A stretch of 64,000 nt of DNA from Patescibacteria group bacterium (lineage in GTDB: Bacteria; Patescibacteriota; Minisyncoccia; Phycocordibacterales; JACOZG01), in NCBI GenBank assembly GCA_034658935.1, contig JAYEGE010000010.1, positions 3,903 to 67,902 on the forward strand. Direction: 5' to 3'. The translations under genes and the position numbers were made by a program. The notes beneath the pieces are model-generated. The model ran no database searches. It saw only the letters and a list, made by a program, of their open reading frames with translations, and was not told the DNA's origin. This document shows, piece by piece, positions 37,810-45,926 of the stretch (positions are counted from its first letter, which is position 1; the number at the start of each line of letters is the position of its first letter).

Positions 37810-38353
37810 GGCTTTGTTGTTTCTCTCGTTCGATTACCACAGTTAGGCCCTTGGGACTCTTCTTGGCTGGATCGGCGATCTTGTATGGCTCAGAAATGAA
37901 CTTATACAGACGCTCTAATCTGGTCTCCAAAAAGCCTCTGTCTAGGTACTTGGAACGGCCGGGGAGGAAGAGGTTAATCTTAACCCGATGGCCTTCTCGC
38001 AAGAATTCTGAGGCCTTACCGGCTTTGATCTCTAGGTCGTGGTCGCCGGTGCCAATTTTAACCTGGATGCTCTTGGTCTCGGTGGTCGGCGCTTTCACTT
38101 GCTTGCGCTTCTTGTTCTCGAGGTACTGATACTTACCGAAATCCATTATTTTGGCCACCGGTGGTTGAGCGCCAGGGGAAATCTCAATCAAGTCTAACCC
38201 GGCCTCATCGGCAGCCTTTAATGCTTCTGAAAGTGACAAAACACCTAGATTGGCGCCACCGACACCAATCACTCTTAACTCGGAGGCCCGAATCTGATGA
38301 TTGATTCTCGTCGTCGGGACTACCGGCTTTCGTTTGATTCTCTTCTTAACGAT
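37799..38353 (-). CDS. infC: Translation initiation factor IF-3. The non-AUG start is probably ATC or ATT.
   Basis: GLDLIEISPGAQPPVAKIMDFGKYQY core. Upstream in-frame TTRINHQIRASELRVIG matches the IF3 N-terminus. No ATG lies between that and the preceding in-frame stop at 38357-38359. Confidence 0.85.
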   Translation of the reverse strand: MVKKRIKRKPVVPTTRINHQIRASELRVIGVGGANLGVLSLSEALKAADEAGLDLIEISPGAQPPVAKIMDFGKYQYLENKKRKQVKAPTTETKSIQVKIGTGDHDLEIKAGKASEFLREGHRVKINLFLPGRSKYLDRGFLETRLERLYKFISEPYKIADPAKKSPKGLTVVIEREKQQSHEN

Positions 38354-38387
38354 AGCCTATCATAGCCGATTGACGGCCAGGAGTCAA

Positions 38388-38418
38388 GCCCCATTTGGAC
38401 ACGTCGTGTCCAAATGGG
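38388..38418. repeat. Perfect palindrome CCCCATTTGGACAC-GTC-GTGTCCAAATGGGG
   Basis: 14-bp arms; same TTGGACAC-N3-GTGTCCAA core. It sits between divergent infC and the SDR gene. Confidence 0.85.
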
Positions 38419-38455
38419 GGCGCCGTGCCCGAGCTGGTTATGTTAAAATAGAGGT

Positions 38456-39145
38456 ATGAAAACAGCATTTATAACGGGGGCGAGCCGGGGACTGGGGTGC
38501 GGGTTTGTCGAGCATCTACTCGAGGCTGGCTACCAGGTGTTCGCCAGCGTTCTCAGATTCTCAGACAAATTACCTCAGCAGGATAACCTCACTTGGATTA
38601 CTTGCGATGTGTCAGATGATTCTTCGATTCAGAGTGCCTTTGACGAAGTCTCAAAGCTAACAGATCACTTAGACCTGGTTGTTAGTAACGCGGGCATCAG
38701 CAGGCGCACTTTTGAGGATCAAGGGCTTGTTTCCGAATTGACCTCTTTGAATAGAGACTCCCTATTGAAGATGTTTAATGTGAATAGTCTGGGGCCGATC
38801 ATGGTGACCAAGTGCTTCTTGCCCCTATTGAGCGGAGAGGAAGCTTGGGTGATCAATGTGTCTAGTATTAGGGCCTATTTTAATGATGCCAATACTCACG
38901 GTAATTATGGTTATCGAGCAAGTAAGGTGGCTCTGAACATGTTCACTCGATGTTCCTTATTCGATCTGCCGGAAAATATTAGAACCTTCGCTGTTCACCC
39001 GGGGTCAGTCGAGAGCGAGATGAACCCAGACGGGAGCCAGACGCCGAAAGAACAGGCGGAGAAAATTATTTCTATTACTCAGAATTGGGACGATGACCTG
39101 AATGGTAAGTTCCTGAATTATGATGGGACGGAGTTTGAGCAATAG
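38456..39145 (+). CDS. Short-chain dehydrogenase/reductase (SDR)
   Basis: TGASRGLG (TGxxxGxG), NAG, and YGYRASKVA (YxxxK). Confidence 0.85.
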   Translation: MKTAFITGASRGLGCGFVEHLLEAGYQVFASVLRFSDKLPQQDNLTWITCDVSDDSSIQSAFDEVSKLTDHLDLVVSNAGISRRTFEDQGLVSELTSLNRDSLLKMFNVNSLGPIMVTKCFLPLLSGEEAWVINVSSIRAYFNDANTHGNYGYRASKVALNMFTRCSLFDLPENIRTFAVHPGSVESEMNPDGSQTPKEQAEKIISITQNWDDDLNGKFLNYDGTEFEQ

Positions 39146-39174
39146 TTTTATCAACGCTAATTTTCAAATCTACT

Positions 39175-39714
39175 ATGATCCTAGGAGCCTCTGAATTACT
39201 TCGATTAGTTAAGGAGAAGAAGTTGGTAGAAAATCTCTCTGAGCGGGAGCTTACTAACCCTGAGGGGGCGGGGTTTGATTTTCGTATCGGCACCCTCTAT
39301 AAGGTTGATGGCGGGGGGTTCTTGGGCACTGAGAAGAGGGAGACGCCAGCGATGGAGGAGATTGCCACTTACGTGTCAGAGGAGGATCGCTCTGTTAAGT
39401 TAGAGCCGAATATATATTACGTTATGCAGACCATGGAGCGGATCAATACGCCGAACGATATGGCTGTGCTGGTGTGCCCACGCTCAACTCTCTACCGCTC
39501 TGGTATCACGCTCTTCACTGGTAATGTTTGTCCGGGATATAACGGCGAGCTTAGTTTTGGCATTATGAATGTTCGTAGTGAACTCTTCGTCCTCGAGATG
39601 GGTGCCCGTGTTTGCCACGCCATGTTCTACCAAGTTGTTGGCGAGACGAATCTCTATCGTGGCCAATGGCAAGACGGTAGGGCGACAACTGATGGGAGGG
39701 AGACGCAGGTTTAA
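39175..39714 (+). CDS. dCTP deaminase/dUTPase-superfamily protein
   Basis: Size and a Gly-rich beta-barrel signature (GFDFRIG...GNVCPGYNGELSFGIMNV) resemble Dcd/Dut. The assignment is tentative. Confidence 0.45.
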   Translation: MILGASELLRLVKEKKLVENLSERELTNPEGAGFDFRIGTLYKVDGGGFLGTEKRETPAMEEIATYVSEEDRSVKLEPNIYYVMQTMERINTPNDMAVLVCPRSTLYRSGITLFTGNVCPGYNGELSFGIMNVRSELFVLEMGARVCHAMFYQVVGETNLYRGQWQDGRATTDGRETQV

Positions 39715-39749
39715 ATCGATGAAATACGAAATAAGAAAAGCGAGGGTGG

Positions 39750-40193
39750 ATGATCTGGAGGCGGCGGCGTCTTAATTCGAAGCTCAGCGCTAAAGAGAGG
39801 CAAGATTTTAACGACACTATAGATGAGACACTCCTGACATCTCCTGGTGGGAGACAGTATTTCGCAAGTATTATAGACGACAATAATTACGTGGTTCTTG
39901 TTGCCGAAGATAGAGATAAGATTATCGGCTATGGCGCGGGGCACACTAGAGCCACAGAGGATTACAGGAAGAAGGATGTTATTTTGGGACAGGTTGAAAC
40001 TATGTGGGCTGATGATAAATATCGGGGGGAGGGAATAGGCAAAGAGATTGTTGAGAAGATTGAGGCGGCCCTAAGGGGAAAGGGTGTAAATAGAATCGAA
40101 GTCGTCGCTTCTGCCGGCAACATTAAAGCCATTGATTTCTATAAGCGAGAGGGTTACGAGGAGTACGATTTAGTCCTAGAGAAGAATTTATAG
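39750..40193 (+). CDS. GNAT family N-acetyltransferase
   Basis: RGEGIGKEIVEKIE (acetyl-CoA-binding motif A Q/RxxGxG/A) with a C-terminal Tyr. Confidence 0.8.
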   Translation: MIWRRRRLNSKLSAKERQDFNDTIDETLLTSPGGRQYFASIIDDNNYVVLVAEDRDKIIGYGAGHTRATEDYRKKDVILGQVETMWADDKYRGEGIGKEIVEKIEAALRGKGVNRIEVVASAGNIKAIDFYKREGYEEYDLVLEKNL

Positions 40194-40332
40194 GGTTTGT
40201 TGTTATGATTCCCAATAAATCAAATAATTGGTGGCAGGGGGGGGCGATAGTCGCAATGATCGCCGGGTCTCTTTTGGTGCCCAAGAAATAAGCCTATATT
40301 TTTTCCCAAAGGAGTTCGAAGAGGGAGCGGAG

Positions 40333-40367
40333 GCAAACTATTCAGAGCTCGGCTCTGAATAGTTTGC
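40333..40367. repeat. Hairpin GCAAACTATTCAGAGC-TCG-GCTCTGAATAGTTTGC. It is copy 2 of the TTCAGAGCTCGGCTCTGAA family.
   Basis: Perfect 16-bp arms. The central 19 nt are identical to the element at 5772-5802. Confidence 0.8.
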
Positions 40368-40375
40368 GAGAAAAG

Positions 40376-40407
40376 AAAAACCCCGGCAGTTCGTTGCCGG
40401 GGTTTTG
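40376..40407. terminator. Bidirectional Rho-independent terminator (CCCCGGCA-GTTCG-TTGCCGGGG flanked by A-run and T-run)
   Basis: Lies between the convergent GNAT gene and the 40431-40643 ORF. Confidence 0.75.
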
Positions 40408-40430
40408 GGGAGTTGTCGTTGCTGGGGGAT

Positions 40431-40643
40431 CTACTGGTAGAAACTCAAGAAATCCCTGACCAGCTCATCGTTGCTCCAGACTCGGGTGCCCGAGGGGACG
40501 ATCTTGTGCAGGTCTCGCTGGAGGCCTGCGCTGAGGTCGCTGATTGCCATTGGGCGACCGGCCCTGAAGGCGTTCTTTTCCGCTGTAATTCGTTGTAGTA
40601 GTTCTGCCATTACCGACCTGCTTTCTTGGTGCACATACACCAT
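40431..40643 (-). CDS. Hypothetical small protein (70 aa)
   Basis: An ORF ending just before the bidirectional terminator, downstream of the pepE-like gene. No motifs. Confidence 0.3.
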   Translation of the reverse strand: MVYVHQESRSVMAELLQRITAEKNAFRAGRPMAISDLSAGLQRDLHKIVPSGTRVWSNDELVRDFLSFYQ

Positions 40644-40723
40644 CAGATTTCACGTACCAGATACCAAAAAACAAACGCAACTTACATCCTAGCATAGTAT
40701 GGTTTATTTGTCAATAGGGTGGG

Positions 40724-41356
40724 TTAGTCGTTGGAGATTACTTCCTCGCCTGATCCTACGAAAGTGTATTTGCTATCTTCCACGAGAATGCCTTGGCCGT
40801 CTTTTAAGATTCTCACTGGGTATGTAGACTTTTGAATTTCGTTTTTGATCAAATCTTTATTTGCGTCGATGTAATGTGCCGTAATTAAAAAGGGGACTAG
40901 GTTTAATGCCGTGAAATCCGTTAATCCGTATCTATCTTTATCTTGTGATTTCCAGGTGGCCGGGTCGATTGTCGGGCAGGCTATATAGGTCCCGGCGCTT
41001 GTCCCAACATAGATCATGCCTTGATCGATCAATTTGATTAATAGGTTGTCTGCCCCGTTTTCCTTTAGAGCCTTCAATAAATAGAAGGCGTTTCCTCCCT
41101 CGACGTGCATGACATTCTTTGTTGCGAGTAGTTTCTCCAAGTCCTCAGCGCTCTTGCCTTCGATGTCTATTTCCTCATAGTTGATCCCGGCGTCTTCCAT
41201 AGCTTGCTTATGTTGATCTAGATATTCCAAGCTGGTCGCGCCCTTCGATGCCGTGGTTATATAGGCCACCTTCATCTGATCTAGGGGGATACCCAAGAGC
41301 CCATAGCCCTTGGCGAATAAAAATCCACCATTTGATGCCAGTAGAAGCTTTCTCAT
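40724..41356 (-). CDS. Peptidase S51 (dipeptidase E/cyanophycinase-like)
   Basis: VAYITTAS and GTSAG (nucleophile Ser); length 210 aa. Confidence 0.72.
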   Translation of the reverse strand: MRKLLLASNGGFLFAKGYGLLGIPLDQMKVAYITTASKGATSLEYLDQHKQAMEDAGINYEEIDIEGKSAEDLEKLLATKNVMHVEGGNAFYLLKALKENGADNLLIKLIDQGMIYVGTSAGTYIACPTIDPATWKSQDKDRYGLTDFTALNLVPFLITAHYIDANKDLIKNEIQKSTYPVRILKDGQGILVEDSKYTFVGSGEEVISND

Positions 41357-41386
41357 GGCCAGTAGTATAGCAGAGTTGGTTTGGAC

Positions 41387-41833
41387 CTAGGGCTGCGCCT
41401 GGTCTAAGAATATTTCTATGCCAGGCAGTTCGTCTTCGACGGTGGCGAGGTTTTTTATCTCGCTGGCCGGAATCCAACTAACTTTTTCTATGGAGAGCTC
41501 TTTCTCTTTTCTTTGTTTGGTAATTGGCGTTCCGGAAATGTATTTACATAGAAACATCACTGTATTGATTTGAATATTGTCGTCGCCCTTTTTATATTCC
41601 CAATTCCAGACATAGAGAGGGCGTAGGGGATCACAGGCGACCCCAGTCTCCTCCTGGACTTCTCTCACTAGCGACTCTTTGGGAGTTTCTCCCGCATCTA
41701 TCTTCCCACCCGGCAGGGCCCATTTACCGTTTAGTTTGCTGGGCTGGAAGTGAGCCTCGGCGTATTTAAGCATCAAGACTTCACCCCGGTCGTTGACCAC
41801 CAACCCCTTCTGCGCAAAGAATTGCTTGTCCAT
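41387..41833 (-). CDS. NUDIX hydrolase
   Basis: Nudix box GGKIDAGETPKESLVREVQEETGV. Confidence 0.88.
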   Translation of the reverse strand: MDKQFFAQKGLVVNDRGEVLMLKYAEAHFQPSKLNGKWALPGGKIDAGETPKESLVREVQEETGVACDPLRPLYVWNWEYKKGDDNIQINTVMFLCKYISGTPITKQRKEKELSIEKVSWIPASEIKNLATVEDELPGIEIFLDQAQP

Positions 41834-41889
41834 ATGAGGAGAGTATAGCAGAGTGGGGGTGGGGTGGGGTTATCGTAAGGTGGGGCTTC

Positions 41890-42579
41890 CTAGTTGTTGC
41901 GCCCGCCCCCAAGTATTTTTGCTACGAGCGCTTCGTAAATAGTGACATCACTGCTTTTCATTATCGCCTTAGAACTAAAGATATCGGAGGCGTTTTTCAG
42001 GAAATCTTTTTGAATTTCTGGATGTTCTTTGCTTTCGATAATGTGCTGGTAAGATTGAGCCAATGTTTTTCGGTTGGCGTAGTCAATTCTAAGATTACCC
42101 AAGTGGGAATGTTGTTTAAGCGCGTATACAAAGACAGTTAAGAAAACGATGTTAAGTAGATAAAGTCCGGGTTCTTTGTACCAGATAACATCAAAATCGT
42201 AGATAGTTGGTCCAAAAAATGACACCAGGATTGATGCAGAGAGTAGGATGGTGGTGCCTATACCTATTTTAAACCAAAAGCTCTGTTGGCCCTTATAATC
42301 TTTTTCTTGTTCTGCATAGGCCGAAGCAAATCTACTCAACTCCATGACTCTTAATTGCTCCTCAGTTTTGGAAATCCTTTTTTCTAGGACGTCTACTTCT
42401 GACACGAGTTTGGTGTTTTCGTCTTTTAGCCCCGCAGTTTTTTTATCCGCAGCGGTTTTTTGCTTTAGATTTTCGTCGCTGAGATTAGTAAATTGTTCTT
42501 CTAGGACGGTGATTGCCTTGTCTTTCTGGAGGCCTCTCTTTTGTTCTTCGTGATAGTCACGCTTGTAGGATCTTGTCAT
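41890..42579 (-). CDS. Hypothetical membrane protein (N-terminal coiled coil, two TM helices)
   Basis: A charged heptad-like N-terminal 110 aa, then two hydrophobic helices. No family recognised. Confidence 0.45.
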   Translation of the reverse strand: MTRSYKRDYHEEQKRGLQKDKAITVLEEQFTNLSDENLKQKTAADKKTAGLKDENTKLVSEVDVLEKRISKTEEQLRVMELSRFASAYAEQEKDYKGQQSFWFKIGIGTTILLSASILVSFFGPTIYDFDVIWYKEPGLYLLNIVFLTVFVYALKQHSHLGNLRIDYANRKTLAQSYQHIIESKEHPEIQKDFLKNASDIFSSKAIMKSSDVTIYEALVAKILGGGRNN

Positions 42580-42580
42580 G

Positions 42581-42880
42581 TTATTTTTTGTGCTGTTTGT
42601 TAAACCTCGGGGCTTCTTTGCCGATAATCCGTTTTTCTATTTGTAGGGCTTGGGGCTTGTTCTCTACCTGAGCAACCTTGAACTTAGTCCCGCCGGGGAT
42701 GTGATCTTTCTTGAACTGTAGATGGTTTGTGAGGCGCTGTTGCACGTTCCCCCTACCTGCCACTCCGGTATACAGGTTTTCCCCGGCATTGTTAGTAAGC
42801 TCGTATACGATCGTTTTGTTTTTGGGCACTTTTGCGACGTTGGTTTTGTCGAACTTTTGTGGGCGGTTAAATTTGATCAT
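42581..42880 (-). CDS. Small GIY-YIG (URI-domain, YhbQ/COG2827-like) nuclease-domain protein
   Basis: IVYELTNNAGENLYTGVAGRGNVQQRLTNH matches the GIY-x10-YIG-x8-R-x2-H pattern, plus a downstream conserved Glu region. Confidence 0.5.
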   Translation of the reverse strand: MIKFNRPQKFDKTNVAKVPKNKTIVYELTNNAGENLYTGVAGRGNVQQRLTNHLQFKKDHIPGGTKFKVAQVENKPQALQIEKRIIGKEAPRFNKQHKK

Positions 42881-42961
42881 AGTGTGGATAAGTTATTTAC
42901 ATTACTAATATTGTTTGCTAACATTCAAAATATAGCATATAGAAAATAAATAGCAAACTTA

Positions 42962-43618
42962 ATGCTTACTAAGAAACAAAAAAGCGTTTTTGACTACATT
43001 AAGCGGTATGCGGAGAAGAATGAATATGCTCCCTCCCTCGAAGAGATCCAGGGGCATTTTAAGCTCGCCTCTGTCTCAACGGCCTTCTATTACATCAATA
43101 GGTTGGTGGAGGGCGGGTACCTAAAGCGAGAGGCCCATCAGGCTAGGTCGATAAGTGTCCAGCCAGATGAGGTGATTAAGTCAGCCCTTCCAAAACAGAT
43201 AAAATCCTTTTCTGTTCCAGTGCTTGGTTCGGCCAATGCTGGCGAGGCAGTCTTACGTGCAGAAGAAAATATTGAAGGGCATCTCAGGGTCTCTCGTCGT
43301 ATATTAAGTGGGAAAGACGGAGTCTTCGCTCTGCGTGTTAAGGGTGATTCAATGAACAGGGCAAAAATAGATGGTAAAAATCTTGAAGATGACGATTTCG
43401 TGCTCATTGATTCGGAGTATAAAAGTCCCAGAGATGGTGACTATGTCTTGTCTGTTATAGAAGGCCATGCCAATCTCAAGAAATTTAAGCGAGACGGTAA
43501 AACTGGTCAAGTTACGCTTATTTCTGAGTCGACGAATACCAAACACAAACCGATTTTTATTTCTGGCGACGATGATTTTATGATAAATGGTAAAATAATA
43601 AGTGTGGTGAAGAAATGA
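42962..43618 (+). CDS. lexA: LexA-like repressor (winged-HTH plus S24 peptidase domain)
   Basis: N-terminal LTKKQKSVFDYIKRY...SLEEI (LexA DNA-binding domain), VKGDSMN (Ser nucleophile) and NLKKFKR (Lys). Its stop overlaps the MTase start (ATGA). Confidence 0.8.
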   Translation: MLTKKQKSVFDYIKRYAEKNEYAPSLEEIQGHFKLASVSTAFYYINRLVEGGYLKREAHQARSISVQPDEVIKSALPKQIKSFSVPVLGSANAGEAVLRAEENIEGHLRVSRRILSGKDGVFALRVKGDSMNRAKIDGKNLEDDDFVLIDSEYKSPRDGDYVLSVIEGHANLKKFKRDGKTGQVTLISESTNTKHKPIFISGDDDFMINGKIISVVKK

Positions 43619-44769
43619 CTTTTATGAAGAAGAATATAACCCACAAACTCGCCGAATTATTTTCAGGTCCTGGCGGTTTATCGCTAGGTATTGTTTCTGC
43701 TGAAGCGGAAGATTTGGGGGGCAGGAAATATAGTGTAAGCTCGCTTTGGGCAAATGATATAGATGAGGATTCCTGCAATACTTATGCGAAAAATATACAT
43801 AATGGCGATAGAACCAACGTTTTATGCTCCCCAGTTGAAAAAATTGATTTTAAAAAGGTGCCAAAATTTGATGCACTCGCTTTTGGATTTCCGTGTAATG
43901 ATTTTAGTATAGTGGGAGAGCAGAAGGGTTTCGGTGGTAAGTATGGACCTTTATACACCTACGGTGTAAAAGCAATAAAGGAACACAACCCCAAATGGTT
44001 CATTGCTGAAAACGTCAGTGGCCTGCAAAGCGCAAACAATGGTGATGCTTTTGGGAAAATACTCGACGATTTAGAAAATGCGGGGAATGGATACGTACTT
44101 ACACCCCATCTATATAAATTTGAGGAGTACGGTGTTCCTCAGACGAGGCATAGAATTGTCATAGTCGGCATAAGAAAAGACCTCGGTCTTGAATTTAAGG
44201 TACCGACTCCCACTACTTTAGATGGATACGTTACGGCTAAGTCGGCCATTGAAGAACCGCCAATCTCAGAGTCTGCTCAAAACCACGAGCTTACAAAGCA
44301 GGCAAAGATTGTTGTAGAAAGGCTGAAACATATCCCTCCAGGCGAAAATGCCTGGTATGATGGTTTACCTGAACACCTAAGGCTCAACGTAAAATCTGCA
44401 CGTATGAGTCAAATTTATAAACGACTACATCCCAAGAAACCGTCATACACGATAACGGGAAGTGGCGGTGGGGGAACACATGGGTATCATTGGACAGAGA
44501 ATCGTGCCCTTACAAATAGGGAGAGGGCTCGCATTCAGACCTTTCCTGACAGTTTTATATTTGATGGCTCTAAGGAGAGTGTGCGAAAACAAATAGGCAT
44601 GGCCGTACCGGTCAGGGGGGCGAAGATTATCGCGGAGGCCGTGCTTAAAACTTTTGCGGGCGTTACTTATGAATGGATTCCACCCAGAATAACAAATGGT
44701 AACGGTCGTGATAAAAGTAATACTAAACAGACACCACTGTTTAATAAAACTGACCTACAGCCTGTTTAA
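43615..44769 (+). CDS. DNA (cytosine-5)-methyltransferase
   Basis: Motif I LFSGPGGLSLG, motif IV FGFPCNDFSIVG (PC dipeptide), motif VI ENV, and a C-terminal TRD. Confidence 0.9.
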   Translation: MTFMKKNITHKLAELFSGPGGLSLGIVSAEAEDLGGRKYSVSSLWANDIDEDSCNTYAKNIHNGDRTNVLCSPVEKIDFKKVPKFDALAFGFPCNDFSIVGEQKGFGGKYGPLYTYGVKAIKEHNPKWFIAENVSGLQSANNGDAFGKILDDLENAGNGYVLTPHLYKFEEYGVPQTRHRIVIVGIRKDLGLEFKVPTPTTLDGYVTAKSAIEEPPISESAQNHELTKQAKIVVERLKHIPPGENAWYDGLPEHLRLNVKSARMSQIYKRLHPKKPSYTITGSGGGGTHGYHWTENRALTNRERARIQTFPDSFIFDGSKESVRKQIGMAVPVRGAKIIAEAVLKTFAGVTYEWIPPRITNGNGRDKSNTKQTPLFNKTDLQPV

Positions 44770-45591
44770 AAGTTCCCGCCAACTTTTTTTATCTCGGTGA
44801 AGTCGGCCCGATTTGATGACGTATCTGTGGCCGTCGAAAGTTTGACCTGGGATAGAGGTTACTTTCTCAAGTTCATCCTTGTAACAATATCCTGCTATTT
44901 CGCACGGGATATTACCTAGATCAGGAATATCATTCTTGTATTTGTCATAGTGCGGTTGACCTGAGACAAGTTTGGTTATCTCGGACTTTGAGACTCGCAA
45001 TAAATGGTCGTCTTCTAGGGCTGGTCGACAGTATATATAAACGTCAGAGCTTCTTTCGGGTATCTCGACCTCGTTCCCGCCCAGTACGAGGTACGCACTT
45101 TTGGGCTTGGATGATTTAATGCCTACTCCTATTGAGGGTTCTACCCATTTGCTCCTTTTTAGCACTTTTGTTATATCTTGCGGAACAATGTTGGGGTGTA
45201 TATCAAAATCTAGCTCTACGCTGACGTTAAATTTCTGTTTAAAAAATTTTTGAACAGCAATCTCGCCCAACTGTCCCTTTACCCAATTTGTAACTTTTTG
45301 ACCAAATTCCCTGATTCTACTGGTGCCCCAATCAGAAGTTACATATCCTCTAAAATGTTGTGCTAACACAAAGTCCATACATCTGGCGTAGTCATCCCTA
45401 TCGAGGGCGATAGTCCTTTGGTCGTAATCTTTTCTCCATTCTTCCAGATCGGTTTTATTAAACGTAAATCTACCTCTTCCCGCTCTGGGTAGTGGAGTTA
45501 TCTCGTCCGCATTTTTGAAGTAATTCTCAAAAGTTTTCTCGTCTAGTTCGAGAAATTTCACGGCTTCTTTTTTAGTCAAGATATCTGGCAT
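44755..45591 (-). CDS. Putative restriction endonuclease with an N-terminal excisionase-type HTH (HTH_17-like)
   Basis: It is convergent with and overlaps the 3' end of the C5-MTase gene. The N-terminus LTKKEAVKFLELDEKTF...RFTFNKTDLEEWRK resembles the phage Xis/MerR-type HTH. The C-terminal domain is unassigned. Confidence 0.45.
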   Translation of the reverse strand: MPDILTKKEAVKFLELDEKTFENYFKNADEITPLPRAGRGRFTFNKTDLEEWRKDYDQRTIALDRDDYARCMDFVLAQHFRGYVTSDWGTSRIREFGQKVTNWVKGQLGEIAVQKFFKQKFNVSVELDFDIHPNIVPQDITKVLKRSKWVEPSIGVGIKSSKPKSAYLVLGGNEVEIPERSSDVYIYCRPALEDDHLLRVSKSEITKLVSGQPHYDKYKNDIPDLGNIPCEIAGYCYKDELEKVTSIPGQTFDGHRYVIKSGRLHRDKKSWRELLNRL

Positions 45592-45825
45592 AACAATACA
45601 TTTGTAATTTTCACTATGCCCGATTCCCGTCGATTTTTCAAGCTACTCTCTCGTGACGGCACAGCCTGGTCTCGCATTTGGGCGGACGCTTCGCTATCTC
45701 ACTCGCTACGCCCCGGCATATGCGGCTCCGCTCTTTCAAAACCCACGGTTTTGAATAATTTCCTCCACGGGGAACTCCCGTTCCCCGACCCCCTCCCTGG
45801 TTCGATTCCGCCCATCTCACTGCTT

Positions 45826-45863
45826 TTTTCTTTGAAAAAACAAAACACCCCAGCAGGGGTGTT
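45826..45863 (-). terminator. Rho-independent terminator downstream of tmRNA (ACACCCC-UGCU-GGGGUGU plus U-run on the minus strand)
   Basis: A GC hairpin followed by TTTTGTTTTTT on the minus strand. A second hairpin CCCCTCGAT..ATCGAGGGG lies at 45896-45925. Confidence 0.7.
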
Positions 45864-45926
45864 TTGCGCTGAAGCTACGGAGTGCCGCGCACCGCGAAGC
45901 CCCTCGATAGTAATCGAGGGGCGAAG

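Noticed and set aside
40200-40289. 29-aa hydrophobic mini-ORF (MIPNKSNNWWQGGAIVAMIAGSLLVPKK) in the GNAT downstream spacer
   Set aside because: Too short to support without conservation, and there is no promoter or SD evidence. Noted only as a possible small membrane peptide.
42881-42961. Candidate LexA operator GTTTGCTA … TAGCAAAC in the lexA-like and GIY-YIG divergent promoter region
   Set aside because: The half-sites are about 34 bp apart, too far for a single LexA dimer. The sequence does not match known LexA boxes (CTGT-N8-ACAG or GAAC-N4-GTTC). Kept only as a pointer in the island finding.
45740-45822. Possible plus-strand tRNA, suggested by GGTTCGATTCCGCC…
   Set aside because: The 5' T-stem partner (CCTGG vs CCGCC) does not pair, and there is no 5' acceptor complement (TGAGATG) upstream. 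Interpreted as an inverted partial copy of the tmRNA 3' end, not a gene.
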